From: Pilimelia anulata
GTDB taxonomy: Bacteria > Actinomycetota > Actinomycetes > Mycobacteriales > Micromonosporaceae
Direction of reading: 5' to 3'
DNA length: 24,000 bases
Assembly (NCBI RefSeq): GCF_014647895.1
Contig: NZ_BMQB01000010.1
Coordinates: forward strand, 110,057-134,056
The first letter of the stretch is position 1; each line of letters starts with the position of its first letter. Below the pieces are notes generated by a model, which ran no database searches, was not told the origin of the DNA, and saw nothing but the letters and a program-made list of their open reading frames with translations. The translations under genes were made by a program, and so were the position numbers. Shown here in pieces: positions 8,655-19,113 of the stretch.

Positions 8655-10483
8655 GGCCGCGCGCGGGCGCCCCGCGACCCGGCGGCGGTGCGACCGGCGG
8701 CGGTACGACCGGTCGCCGCGCGGCCGCGCGGCGCGTCGGCTGGCTGCTCGCCGCGGTGCTCGGGCTCGCCGGCTGCGGCGTGCCCGGCAGCGGCGACGTC
8801 GTCGTGCAGGAGCGGGTCGGCGAGGCGCAGGTGCCCTCCGGCGACGAGGGGACGTGGCCGCTGGCCGAGCGGGCCTCGATCACCGACCCGCAGGAGTTCC
8901 TGCGCAACCTGCTCTCGGCCACCGCCGGCGACCCGAGCCAGGCCGCCGCGCGCGTCCGGACGTTCGCCGACCCGCGGCTGCGCGACCGCTGGCAGCCGCC
9001 GCCGACCGTGCACCTGGTCGAGGTCGAGGGCAAGCCGATCATCGACCAGCGGGTCGGCGGCTTCGACGCCACCGTCGAGGTGATCCACCTCGGCGAGCTG
9101 TCCGACAAGGGCGTGGTGCTGCCCCGGGAGCGGCAGCGGCGCACGTACGTGTTCCGGCTCAGCCTCGGCCCCGACGGCCTGTACCTCACCGACGCGCCGC
9201 CGGTGCTGCTGCTGCCGACCACCGACCTGCAGCAGTACTTCGAGCGGCGCACGCTGTACTTCTGGTCCACCGACGGGCAGTACCTCGTGCCCGACGTGCG
9301 GTACCTGTCCCGCCGCGACGTGCCGCGCGCCCAGTGGGCCACCCAGCTCGTCCAGTGGCTGCTCACCGGCCCGTCGCCGCTGATCCGGCCGGTGGTCCGG
9401 CCGACCGACGCGGACCTGGTCGGCAACGTGATCTCCGGCGGCAGCCGGTGGACGGTCAACCTGTCCCGGGCGCCGTTCACCGACGCCACCCGGATCGCCA
9501 CCCAGCTCCGCTGGACGCTGGCCGAGCCGTCCGGCCGGGCCGACCCGGTGTCGTTGCAGGTCGGCCGGGACCGGGTGACCGACGAGGACAGCCGGTACCT
9601 GGCCGCGAACGCCGCGTACCGGGCGCAGGACCCGGCCCCGCTGTGCGTGCTGGGCGGCCGGGTCCGGCAGATCGGCACGCTGCCGCCCGGCGCGGTCTCG
9701 GTGCCGTCGCTGCCGGCCGGGTACCGGGGTGTGCTCAAGGCCGCGTACCAGCGGCTCGGCAACGCTCGGTACGCGGCGGTCGTCCGGGTCGCCGGCCGCG
9801 GCCGGTACACCGTGGACATCGGCACCGGCGACGCGAACCTGTTCCAGCACGTCCGGCCGACCCTGCTGCGCGCGCGGGCGATCGGGCAGCCGGCGTGGGT
9901 ACCCACCCGGGCGCTGGCGCTGGTCATCGCCGACGGCCGGCTGTACGCGCTGCGCCCCCGCACGTCCACGGTCCGCCCGGTCGCCGGGGCGCCCGCCGGG
10001 ACCACCGCGGTCGCGGTCGCCCCGGACGGCCGCCGGGTGGCGTTCATCGCCGGCGGCCAGCTCTACACCGCCGGCCTCGCCGCCGACGGGCCGACCGTGT
10101 CGCTGGCCAACCGGGTCCGGCTGCCGCTCAGCCAGCTCACCGACCCGACGGCGGTGGCCTGGATCGAGCAGAGCCGGTTCGCGGTCACCGGCCGGCAGCC
10201 GCGGATCGGGCAGACCCAGGCGTGGGCGATGAGCGCGGACGGCGCGCTCCAGGAGCCGCTGCAACTGCCCACCCAGGGCCTCGGCACGGTACCGGTGACG
10301 CAGCTCGTCGGGGTGGCCGACGACCCGTCCGACGGCAGCGCGCCGGGCCCGCTGATGTACGAGGCCAACCGGCTCAGCTACCAGGAGCTGGGCGGCGCCC
10401 CGGTCACCGCCGAGCGGGTGCTGGCCCCCGGCCCGGACGCCGACAAGCTCGGCTACCCGACCGCCCCGTTCTTCCTGAGCTGA
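8651..10483 (+). CDS. lpqB: Lipoprotein LpqB, third component of the MtrAB-LpqB system
   Basis: The GTG at 8651 overlaps the mtrB stop (GTGA), which suggests translational coupling. The signal peptide has a lipobox, LLAAVLGLAGC. The ~610-aa protein occupies the conserved position after mtrB. The track's 8501 start would lie inside mtrB. Confidence 0.9.
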   Translation: MRPRAGAPRPGGGATGGGTTGRRAAARRVGWLLAAVLGLAGCGVPGSGDVVVQERVGEAQVPSGDEGTWPLAERASITDPQEFLRNLLSATAGDPSQAAARVRTFADPRLRDRWQPPPTVHLVEVEGKPIIDQRVGGFDATVEVIHLGELSDKGVVLPRERQRRTYVFRLSLGPDGLYLTDAPPVLLLPTTDLQQYFERRTLYFWSTDGQYLVPDVRYLSRRDVPRAQWATQLVQWLLTGPSPLIRPVVRPTDADLVGNVISGGSRWTVNLSRAPFTDATRIATQLRWTLAEPSGRADPVSLQVGRDRVTDEDSRYLAANAAYRAQDPAPLCVLGGRVRQIGTLPPGAVSVPSLPAGYRGVLKAAYQRLGNARYAAVVRVAGRGRYTVDIGTGDANLFQHVRPTLLRARAIGQPAWVPTRALALVIADGRLYALRPRTSTVRPVAGAPAGTTAVAVAPDGRRVAFIAGGQLYTAGLAADGPTVSLANRVRLPLSQLTDPTAVAWIEQSRFAVTGRQPRIGQTQAWAMSADGALQEPLQLPTQGLGTVPVTQLVGVADDPSDGSAPGPLMYEANRLSYQELGGAPVTAERVLAPGPDADKLGYPTAPFFLS

Positions 10484-10583
10484 CCATGCCCGAGCCGCCC
10501 GCCCCCGAGCCGGCCACGCCGCCCCCGGTCCGCGGCGGGCCGGTCATGAGGGCCGAGCCGGCCGTGGCCGAGCCGGTGCCCGC

Positions 10584-11393
10584 GTGATGGTCGGGGCGCG
10601 GGTGCCGCGGTCCTGGCTGCGCGTCGCCGCCGACGTGCGCGACCTGCTGCTGTCGGCCGGCTGCGCGGGCTGCGGCGGCGCCGGCGACCTGCGGTACGAG
10701 GCGTGCCCGGCGTGCGTGCGGGCCTGCGCGGCGGCCGTGCCGCACCCGGTCGCGCCCGACCCGGCGCCGCCCGGCCTGCCGCCGGTCGTCGCCGTGGACA
10801 GCTACGGTGGGGCGCTGCGCGGGCTGCTGCTGGCGTACAAGGAGCACGGCGCGCACCGGCTCGCCGTCCCGCTCGGGGCGCTGCTGGCCGGCGCGGTGCG
10901 GGCGGCCGCGCCGGGGCGGGGGCCGGTGCTGCTGGTACCGGTGCCGAGTACCGCCCGGGCGGCCCGTGAGCGGTTCGGCGACCACCTGGCCCGGGTGGCC
11001 CGGCAGGCCGCGCGGCGGCTGCGCGCCGACGGCGTGCCGGCGGCGGTGGCGCGGGTGCTGCGCACCGGCGAGCGCCCCGACTCGGCGGGCCTCGGCGCGG
11101 CGGAGCGGCGGGCGGTGGCCCGCGCGGCGATCGGCCTGCGCCGCCCGGTGCCGCCCGGCGCGGGGCGGCTGGTCATCGTCGACGACGTGCTGACGACGGG
11201 GGCGACGCTGGCGGCCTGCGCGGCCGTCCTGCGGGCCGCGGGCACCCCGGCGCACGGCGCGGCCGTGCTGGCGGCCACCCCGCGGCGGATCCCCATTGTC
11301 CCCCGCCGGGAGCCCCGGATACCGCGGCAACGCGAAGATTTCCCGGGGAATGTAATGCGAACTTGGGATGACGATCCCCGAACCGCGGGCTAG
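10584..11393 (+). CDS. ComF-family protein / phosphoribosyltransferase-domain protein
   Basis: The N-terminus has a Cys4 cluster (CAGCGG...CPAC). The C-terminus has a PRTase motif, LVIVDDVLTTGATLAACAAVLRAAG. The gene sits in the conserved lpqB-comF-hpf-secA order seen in mycobacteria (Rv3242c position). The start is GTG 10584 or ATG 10587. Confidence 0.8.
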   Translation: MMVGARVPRSWLRVAADVRDLLLSAGCAGCGGAGDLRYEACPACVRACAAAVPHPVAPDPAPPGLPPVVAVDSYGGALRGLLLAYKEHGAHRLAVPLGALLAGAVRAAAPGRGPVLLVPVPSTARAARERFGDHLARVARQAARRLRADGVPAAVARVLRTGERPDSAGLGAAERRAVARAAIGLRRPVPPGAGRLVIVDDVLTTGATLAACAAVLRAAGTPAHGAAVLAATPRRIPIVPRREPRIPRQREDFPGNVMRTWDDDPRTAG

Positions 11394-11403
11394 CGTCGAG
11401 GTA

Positions 11404-11477
11404 CGGGTTCCGCCCCGGCTCCGGTCTCGACACGGATTCCGCCCCGGTGACGCCGCTCGCCGGGGAATTCTCCCCGG
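11404..11477 (+). repeat. Three same-strand direct repeats (~30-bp period) plus a hairpin in the hpf leader
   Basis: The copies are GTTCCGCCCCGG (11407-11418), ATTCCGCCCCGG (11436-11447) and ATTC-TCCCCGG (11467-11477). The third copy forms the 3' arm of the hairpin CCGGGGA-ATTC-TCCCCGG (11460-11477). All lie 36-110 nt upstream of the hpf GTG. Confidence 0.5.
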
Positions 11478-11512
11478 GCCACCGAGCCGGTCACTAGCGA
11501 GCGGGAGGTCAC

Positions 11513-12103
11513 GTGGAGATTGTCGTCAAGGGCCGCAACGTCGAGGTCCCCGAGCACTATCGGGAGCATGTCGCGGAGAAGCTGCAGAAGGTCGAGCGGT
11601 ACGACCAGAAGCTGATCCGGATCGACGTCGAGCTTTATCACGAACGCAACCCCCGGCAGGCCGACAACTGCCAACGGATCGAGATCACCTGCTTCACGCG
11701 CGGACCGGTCATCCGCGCCGAGGCCACCGCCAAGGACTTCTACAGCGCGCTGGACCTCGCCATCGCCAAGGTCGACACCCGGATGCGCCGGTCGGCCGAC
11801 CGGCGGCGGCTGGAGCGCCGTCACCGGTTGCCGATCGCGCAGGTCGCCGCGACGGTCGGGACGCCGCCGCCGGTGCCCGCACTGGTCCCCGACCAGGAGC
11901 CGCACGACGACCAGCCGTGGCACCTCGTCCGGGAGAAGGAGCACCCGGCCGACCCCATGACGATCGACGATGCCCTGTTCCAGATGGAGCTGGTCGGGCA
12001 CGACTTCTACCTGTTCCTGGACAAGGAGAGCGGCCGGCCGAGCGTCGTCTACCGCCGGCGCGGCTACGACTACGGCGTCATGTCGCTCGCCGAGCCCGCC
12101 TGA
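11513..12103 (+). CDS. hpf: Ribosome hibernation-promoting factor, long form
   Basis: The GTG start has GGGAGG 6 nt upstream. The N-terminal S30AE/RaiA domain reads MEIVVKGRNVEVPEHYREHVAEKLQKVERYD.... The C-terminal dimerisation domain reads MTIDDALFQMELVGHDFYLFLDKESGRPSVVYRRRGYDYGV. Confidence 0.93.
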   Translation: MEIVVKGRNVEVPEHYREHVAEKLQKVERYDQKLIRIDVELYHERNPRQADNCQRIEITCFTRGPVIRAEATAKDFYSALDLAIAKVDTRMRRSADRRRLERRHRLPIAQVAATVGTPPPVPALVPDQEPHDDQPWHLVREKEHPADPMTIDDALFQMELVGHDFYLFLDKESGRPSVVYRRRGYDYGVMSLAEPA

Positions 12104-12116
12104 CGCGAACCCCTTG

Positions 12117-12148
12117 ATCGCGGGGCGGCGTGCGCGCCGCCCCGCGAT
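12117..12148. terminator. GC-rich hairpin between the convergent hpf and minus-strand genes (candidate bidirectional terminator, no U-tract)
   Basis: ATCGCGGGGCGGCG (12117-12130), loop TGCG, CGCCGCCCCGCGAT (12135-12148). It sits between the hpf stop (12103) and the minus-strand stop (12151). Confidence 0.5.
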
Positions 12149-12150
12149 TG

Positions 12151-12804
12151 TCAGCCGCAGGCCACCGGCGCGACCTCGACGCGCAGCACGTTCACCCCCG
12201 GCTCGGCCACGGGGGAGACCCAGCTCGCCGCCGTACCGGTCGTCGCGACCGTCACCGTCTCGTCCACCACCAGCGGCGGCGCCGCCGCGCCGCACGCCGC
12301 GGCGAGCGGCGGGCCCGCCGGCAGCGGCGGGGTGCGCCACGGCACGCCGCGGCCGAACTCGGCCACCATCGGCCCGTGCAGCGGCGTGCGCAGCGAGACG
12401 GTCGCCGCACCGAGGGACGCGTCCAGCCGCCCCTCGCCCGTGGCGTCCGCGGCCAGCAGGGCGGCGCCCTCGACGTGCAGCCCGGTCACCCGGTACGCCC
12501 CGCCCGCCGGCGGCGTGATCGGCAGCCGCACCCGGCAGGTGCGCTCGACCCGGCGCTGGCCGGGCTCGTCGCCGACCGAGGCGTGGAACTTCTCCAGCAG
12601 GTACGCGTACCGGCCGGGCCCCTCGGCGTACGGTGTGACCTCGTGCCCGCCCGCGCAGCCGGAGCCGCCGACCACGGTGGCCGGGCCCGCGGTGGGCGCC
12701 GGCGGGTCCGCGGCCGGGGCCGCCGCGGCGGCGCCCGCCACCGCCGCGCCCGCCCCCGCGGCCAGGGCCATGACCCCGTTCCTCATCAGCGACTTTCCGG
12801 ACAT
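12151..12804 (-). CDS. Secreted protein of unknown function with 4 Cys (possibly DUF4360-like)
   Basis: This is the C-terminal 217 aa of the track's 881-aa ORF. The ATG at 12804 gives MSGKSLMRNGVMALAAGAGAAVAGAAAAAPA, a signal peptide. The mature part has Cys at GGSGC, RTCRV, AAACG and the C-terminal VACG. ATG 12786 is an alternative start. The DUF4360 suggestion rests only on length (~200-220 aa), secretion and Cys placement recalled from memory. Confidence 0.6.
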   Translation of the reverse strand: MSGKSLMRNGVMALAAGAGAAVAGAAAAAPAADPPAPTAGPATVVGGSGCAGGHEVTPYAEGPGRYAYLLEKFHASVGDEPGQRRVERTCRVRLPITPPAGGAYRVTGLHVEGAALLAADATGEGRLDASLGAATVSLRTPLHGPMVAEFGRGVPWRTPPLPAGPPLAAACGAAAPPLVVDETVTVATTGTAASWVSPVAEPGVNVLRVEVAPVACG

Positions 12805-12944
12805 CGGATGACACCGCCCTCTGCTGCTCGGCAACGGTTCCGTCATCCGGGCTACCCGGCCGCGCGGTTCGGTAACGGCGAGCGTGTCCCTCGCCACAAT
12901 CCGTCGCGACCCCCTCGGCGCGGCCGGGGCGGGGCGGGCCGGCG

Positions 12945-14063
12945 TCAGGGTGCCGGGCGCAGCCACTCCGGGAGCAGGGCGAACAGCACGTCGTCGGTGC
13001 GCCGGCCGCCGGGGCCGGGGAGCTGCCCGACCGCGTACCCCTCGCGCCGGAAGCCCGCCCGCTCCAGCGTGCGCTGCGAGCCGACGTTGTCCGGCCCGGC
13101 ACCCGCGACCAGCCGCGCGATGCCGATGTCGAACGCCCACCGGGCCAGCAGCGCCGCCGCCCGGGTGGCGTACCCGCGGCCGCGCCACGCCGGCAGCAGC
13201 GAGTACCCGATCATCGCCTCGCCGATCTGCGGCGCCCGGTAGTACAGCCCCAGGTCGCCGGCCACCGCGCCGGTCGCGGCGTCGAGGACCAGCACGTCGG
13301 CCCTGGTCCCGGCGAGCCAGTGCGCGGGGGCCCGCTCGCACCGCTCGACGGTGTCGGCCAGCGGCGGCGGTACCGGCGGCACGCTCGTGACGACCACGTC
13401 GGGCAGCGAGCGCAGCGCGTGCAGGGCATCGGCGTCGGCCGGGCCGAGCGGGCGCAGCGCGACCACGCCGTCGGTCAGCCCCGCCGCGGGCGGGTCGGGC
13501 AGCAGCCGCGGTACCGGCCGCCCGTCGTCGGTGGCCAGCCGGGCCCACACGACGGTGTCGTGCCGGCGCCCGTCGACGCCGCGCAGGACGCCGCGGCGCT
13601 CGCCCTCGCGCCGGAACCCGGTCGCGGCGGCGACCCGCTGGCTGCCGATGTTCGCCCACAGCGCCTGCAACTCGATCCGGCCGAGGCCCGCGGCGAAGCC
13701 GTGCGCGACGGCGGCCCGGGTCGCGGCGGTGGCGACGCCGCGGCGGCGGGCGTCGGGGCAGATCCAGTACCCGACCTCGGCCTGCGCCCGCCCGTCGTTG
13801 GACACCCGCAGCCCGAACCCGCCGAGCAGCTCGTCGGTGTCCGGGTCGGCGATGGCCCAGCTGTGCCGGCCGGTGGCCCGCTCGGCGACGGCGCCGTCGC
13901 GCACCCAGGCCAGGGCGATCCCCTCGTCGTACGGCCGGGGCATCGCCGGCATGAACCGCTGGGTCTGCGGGTCCCCGGCGCCGGCGACCACCCGCGGGGC
14001 GTCCGCCTCCCGGTACGGGCGCAGCCGCACCCCGTCGCCGTCCACGACCTCGGCCAGTTCCAC
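12945..14063 (-). CDS. GNAT N-acetyltransferase with two tandem RimJ/RimL-type (Acetyltransf_3-like) domains
   Basis: The protein is 372 aa. The GTG start at 14063 has GGGGGA 6 nt upstream. Domain 1 reads VRLRPYREADAP...AEVGYWICPDARRRGVATAA...NIGSQRVAAATGFRREG. Domain 2 reads VALRPLGPADAD...MIGYSLLPAWRGRGYATRAA...NVGSQRTLERAGFRREG. Confidence 0.85.
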   Translation of the reverse strand: MELAEVVDGDGVRLRPYREADAPRVVAGAGDPQTQRFMPAMPRPYDEGIALAWVRDGAVAERATGRHSWAIADPDTDELLGGFGLRVSNDGRAQAEVGYWICPDARRRGVATAATRAAVAHGFAAGLGRIELQALWANIGSQRVAAATGFRREGERRGVLRGVDGRRHDTVVWARLATDDGRPVPRLLPDPPAAGLTDGVVALRPLGPADADALHALRSLPDVVVTSVPPVPPPLADTVERCERAPAHWLAGTRADVLVLDAATGAVAGDLGLYYRAPQIGEAMIGYSLLPAWRGRGYATRAAALLARWAFDIGIARLVAGAGPDNVGSQRTLERAGFRREGYAVGQLPGPGGRRTDDVLFALLPEWLRPAP

Positions 14064-14081
14064 GTGCGTCCCCCGTCCGCG

Positions 14082-15290
14082 TCAGGCGGGCTCGGCCCGC
14101 GCCGGTTCCCGGCCGGCGGCCGGCCCGGGATCCCGCTCGGCGGCCGGCTCCCACCGGTCGGTGGCGAGCCGGGCGGCCCGCCAGCAGTCCCGCCGCGCGC
14201 CGCGGTCGAGGAACCGGCTGACGCCCTCCTCGACGAAGCCGGCCCGCAGTGCCGCCCGCCGGGACGCCTCGTTGCCGACGTAGGCGTGCCACTCGATCCG
14301 GTCCAGCCGCAGCGCCGCGAACCCCCAGTCCGACGCCGCCCGCAGCATCGCCGTGGCCAGCCCGCGGCCGCGGGCGTGCGGCGCGACGGCGTACCCGCAG
14401 CCCCAGTCGCCCGGCCACACCGGGACCAGGGCCAGCAGCTTCATGTGCCCGAGGAACCGGTCGGCCGGGTCCGCGGCGACCATGATCACCTGGTCGCCGG
14501 CCGCCCAGCCCGCCGCGGCGGCGCGCAGCGAGTCGTCGGCCCGCTCGGCCGGTTCGCGGCCGGTGTCGAACAGCCACTCCCGGCTGTCCGGGTCGGCGTA
14601 CGTGGCGATCCAGTCGGCGCGGTCGGCGGGGCGCGGCGGGCGCAGCGTGAACGGCTCGCCGCCGGCGGTCCGCGCGGCCAGCGTGGGCTGCGGCGCGCCG
14701 AACAGGGCGGCCCGCGCGGCGGCGGCGCTGCCCGGCGCGGCGGGGCGGTCCGGGCCGCCGTCGGTCAGCTCGCCGGCCAGCAGGGTGGCGGTCCACTTAT
14801 CGACCTCCGGCGGCGCGGCCCGGCCGACGCCCTCGAACCGGAAGCCCAGCCGCGCGGCGACGAGCTTGGAGGCGTGGTTGCCGACATCGGCCCGCCAGTC
14901 CACCCGGCGGAGCCCGAGGGTGGCAAACGCCCAGCCCAGCAGAGCCCGGGCGGCCCGCTCGGCCACCCCGGCGCCGCGGGCGGGCGCGGCTGTCCAATAT
15001 CCGACTTCCGCCGCGCCGGCGGCGCGGTCCAGCCGGACCAGGCCGCAGGACCCGAGCAGCGCGCCGGAGTCGGCGGCGAACACGCCCAGGTGCACGCCGG
15101 TGCCGGCCGCCAGCGCCGCGGGAGCCACGTCGAGGATGAAGCTGTCGGCGTGTTCGCGCAGGTAGGGGCTGGGGACGGTGGTGAACCGGGGGATCATCGG
15201 GTCCTGGCACGCGGCCGTCAGCGCGGGTGCGTCGGCCGGGCGCCAGGGGCGCAGTACGAGGCCGTCGGCGGCGATCTCCGGGGGCTCCAT
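14082..15290 (-). CDS. GNAT N-acetyltransferase with two tandem RimJ/RimL-type domains, paralogue of the downstream gene
   Basis: Domain 1 reads LVLRPWRPADAP...AEVGYWTAAPARGAGVAERAA...NHASKLVAARLGFRFEG. Domain 2 reads FTLRPPRPADRA...CGYAVAPHARGRGLATAM...NEASRRAALRAGFVEEG. I chose ATG 15290 (MEPPEIAADGLVLRP) because it aligns with MELAEVVDGDGVRLRP of the paralogue. GTG 15326 is the longest alternative. The stop lies 18 nt before the next gene's start, so the two are probably one operon. Confidence 0.8.
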   Translation of the reverse strand: MEPPEIAADGLVLRPWRPADAPALTAACQDPMIPRFTTVPSPYLREHADSFILDVAPAALAAGTGVHLGVFAADSGALLGSCGLVRLDRAAGAAEVGYWTAAPARGAGVAERAARALLGWAFATLGLRRVDWRADVGNHASKLVAARLGFRFEGVGRAAPPEVDKWTATLLAGELTDGGPDRPAAPGSAAAARAALFGAPQPTLAARTAGGEPFTLRPPRPADRADWIATYADPDSREWLFDTGREPAERADDSLRAAAAGWAAGDQVIMVAADPADRFLGHMKLLALVPVWPGDWGCGYAVAPHARGRGLATAMLRAASDWGFAALRLDRIEWHAYVGNEASRRAALRAGFVEEGVSRFLDRGARRDCWRAARLATDRWEPAAERDPGPAAGREPARAEPA

Positions 15291-15442
15291 CGCCCGATCA
15301 TCGCGGGAATGACCGGCGGCCTCCACCGGTTTATCGACCGGCGTACGGTCGTGTCCGTCGTGTCGGGTTCTGCCCGCGGTGGACGCGGGGGCCGCGGGTC
15401 CGCCTACGATGGGGCGGTTGACAGGGTAGGGAGCGCAGAGCC

Positions 15443-18262
<2,820 letters not shown>

Positions 18263-18370
18263 CCGAGGTGGCGTGACAACGCCGGCCGGGAAGTACAAGC
18301 GTTGCCGCGGTGCCTCGGTCTGAGCCGGGGTGGCGTGACAACGCCGGCGCTTCCGTCTGGCTGATCTTTC

Positions 18371-18399
18371 GAAGGGCGTCCCATCGCGGGGCGCCCTTC
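18371..18399. terminator. Hairpin between convergent secA and the Rv3235-family gene (candidate bidirectional terminator, no clear U-tract)
   Basis: GAAGGGCGTCCC (18371-18382), loop ATCGC, GGGGCGCCCTTC (18388-18399). This gives 12 pairs including one G-U. It ends 2 nt before the minus-strand stop codon (18401-18403). Confidence 0.45.
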
Positions 18400-18400
18400 G

Positions 18401-19009
18401 TCATGGCGTCGGGCGCGGGGTCGCGCCGATCAGCTCCGCCGCCGTCGCGCGCCAGGCCTCGCCGCGCCGCTCCAACCGGAAGGCCAGCGCCCGCGCCCCG
18501 CCCGGCACCGCCAGCGTCGCCGCCACCTCCACTACGCCCGGCCGCACCGTGGACAGGTGCAGGCTGGCCAGCCGCACCCGACCCCCGCCCGGCCGCCCCG
18601 CGGGCCGCCGCCCGGCCCGCCCGGCGCCCGGCCGCGGCAGCCGGGGCAGCGCCCGCAGGTGGGCCCGGCCGTCCAGCGCCGCGGCGAGCAGGCCGGGCAG
18701 CGCCGCCGGGTCGGCGACCGGCGCGAGGTGCCCGGCGGGCCGCCGCTCGTCGAGGATCTCGGCGTACCGGGTGGCGAACCGCCAGGCCGCCAGCCGCTCC
18801 GCGCCCACCCCCGGCCCGGCCGCCGCGCCATCGCCGGCCGGCCGCGCCGCGGCGGCCGGCCGGCCGGCGGCGGCGAGGGGGAGCTGGCCGGGGACGTCCG
18901 GCGCCGGGGCGCGGGTGTCGGCGTACGGCGGCTCGGTGCGCGGCACCCGCCGGATCCGGACGGGCGCGGCGGACGGTCCGATCCGGACCGCCGTACGGGC
19001 AGCCGGCAT
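18401..19009 (-). CDS. Rv3235-family protein (Ala/Arg/Pro-rich conserved actinobacterial protein of unknown function)
   Basis: Three motifs match the M. tuberculosis Rv3235 pattern as I recall it. The N-terminal RIRRVPRTEPPYADT resembles RRVPDCEPPYDDE. The central YAEILDERRPAGHL resembles VEVLNGYRPAAHL. The C-terminal RLASLHLSTVRPGVVEVAATL...ALAFRLERRGEAWRATAAELI resembles IRLHLCEPRPGAVEASVLL...ALALRLE...W.ATALRLI. The start is ATG 19009 or GTG 19015. Confidence 0.8.
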   Translation of the reverse strand: MPAARTAVRIGPSAAPVRIRRVPRTEPPYADTRAPAPDVPGQLPLAAAGRPAAAARPAGDGAAAGPGVGAERLAAWRFATRYAEILDERRPAGHLAPVADPAALPGLLAAALDGRAHLRALPRLPRPGAGRAGRRPAGRPGGGRVRLASLHLSTVRPGVVEVAATLAVPGGARALAFRLERRGEAWRATAAELIGATPRPTP

Positions 19010-19084
19010 GTGCACCCCCGGACGGATCCGCCCGCCCCGGCCGGGTACGGCGAATCCTTGCGTTTGCCTACGTTTGCCTTCGAC

Positions 19085-19113
19085 AAGCTAGCAACGCCGT
19101 CCGAAGTGGTCAA
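19085..19113 (-). promoter_or_regulatory. Candidate sigma-70/HrdB-type promoter for the Rv3235-family gene
   Basis: On the minus strand: TTGACC (reverse complement of 19108-19113), a 17-nt spacer, then TAGCTT (reverse complement of 19085-19090). It lies in a locally lower-GC stretch ~75 nt upstream of the start codon. A tandem decamer, CGTTTGCCTA/CGTTTGCCTT (19061-19080), follows immediately around the predicted +1. Confidence 0.45.

Noticed and set aside
6816-10264. Long minus-strand ORFs (570 aa, 892 aa, 479 aa) opposite mtrB and lpqB, and +-frame ORFs at 8854-10587 and 9729-10232.
   Set aside because: They are antisense or off-frame to well-supported mtrB and lpqB, have Arg/Pro-rich composition, and carry no motifs.
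11410-11423. An exact 14-mer, CCGCCCCGGCTCCG, is shared between the hpf leader (11410-11423) and the repeat array (19503-19516), hinting at a common regulator.
   Set aside because: In DNA this GC-rich, a single shared 14-mer of G/C-dominated sequence between intergenic regions is plausibly chance. It would need a genome-wide motif enrichment test before it means anything.
12805-14796. The upstream 660 aa of the 881-aa minus ORF (12151-14796), and the 708-aa + ORF at 13320-15446.
   Set aside because: Only the C-terminal 217 aa (from ATG 12804, with a signal peptide) look protein-like. The rest overlaps the two GNAT genes in other frames and is Arg/Pro/Gly-rich.
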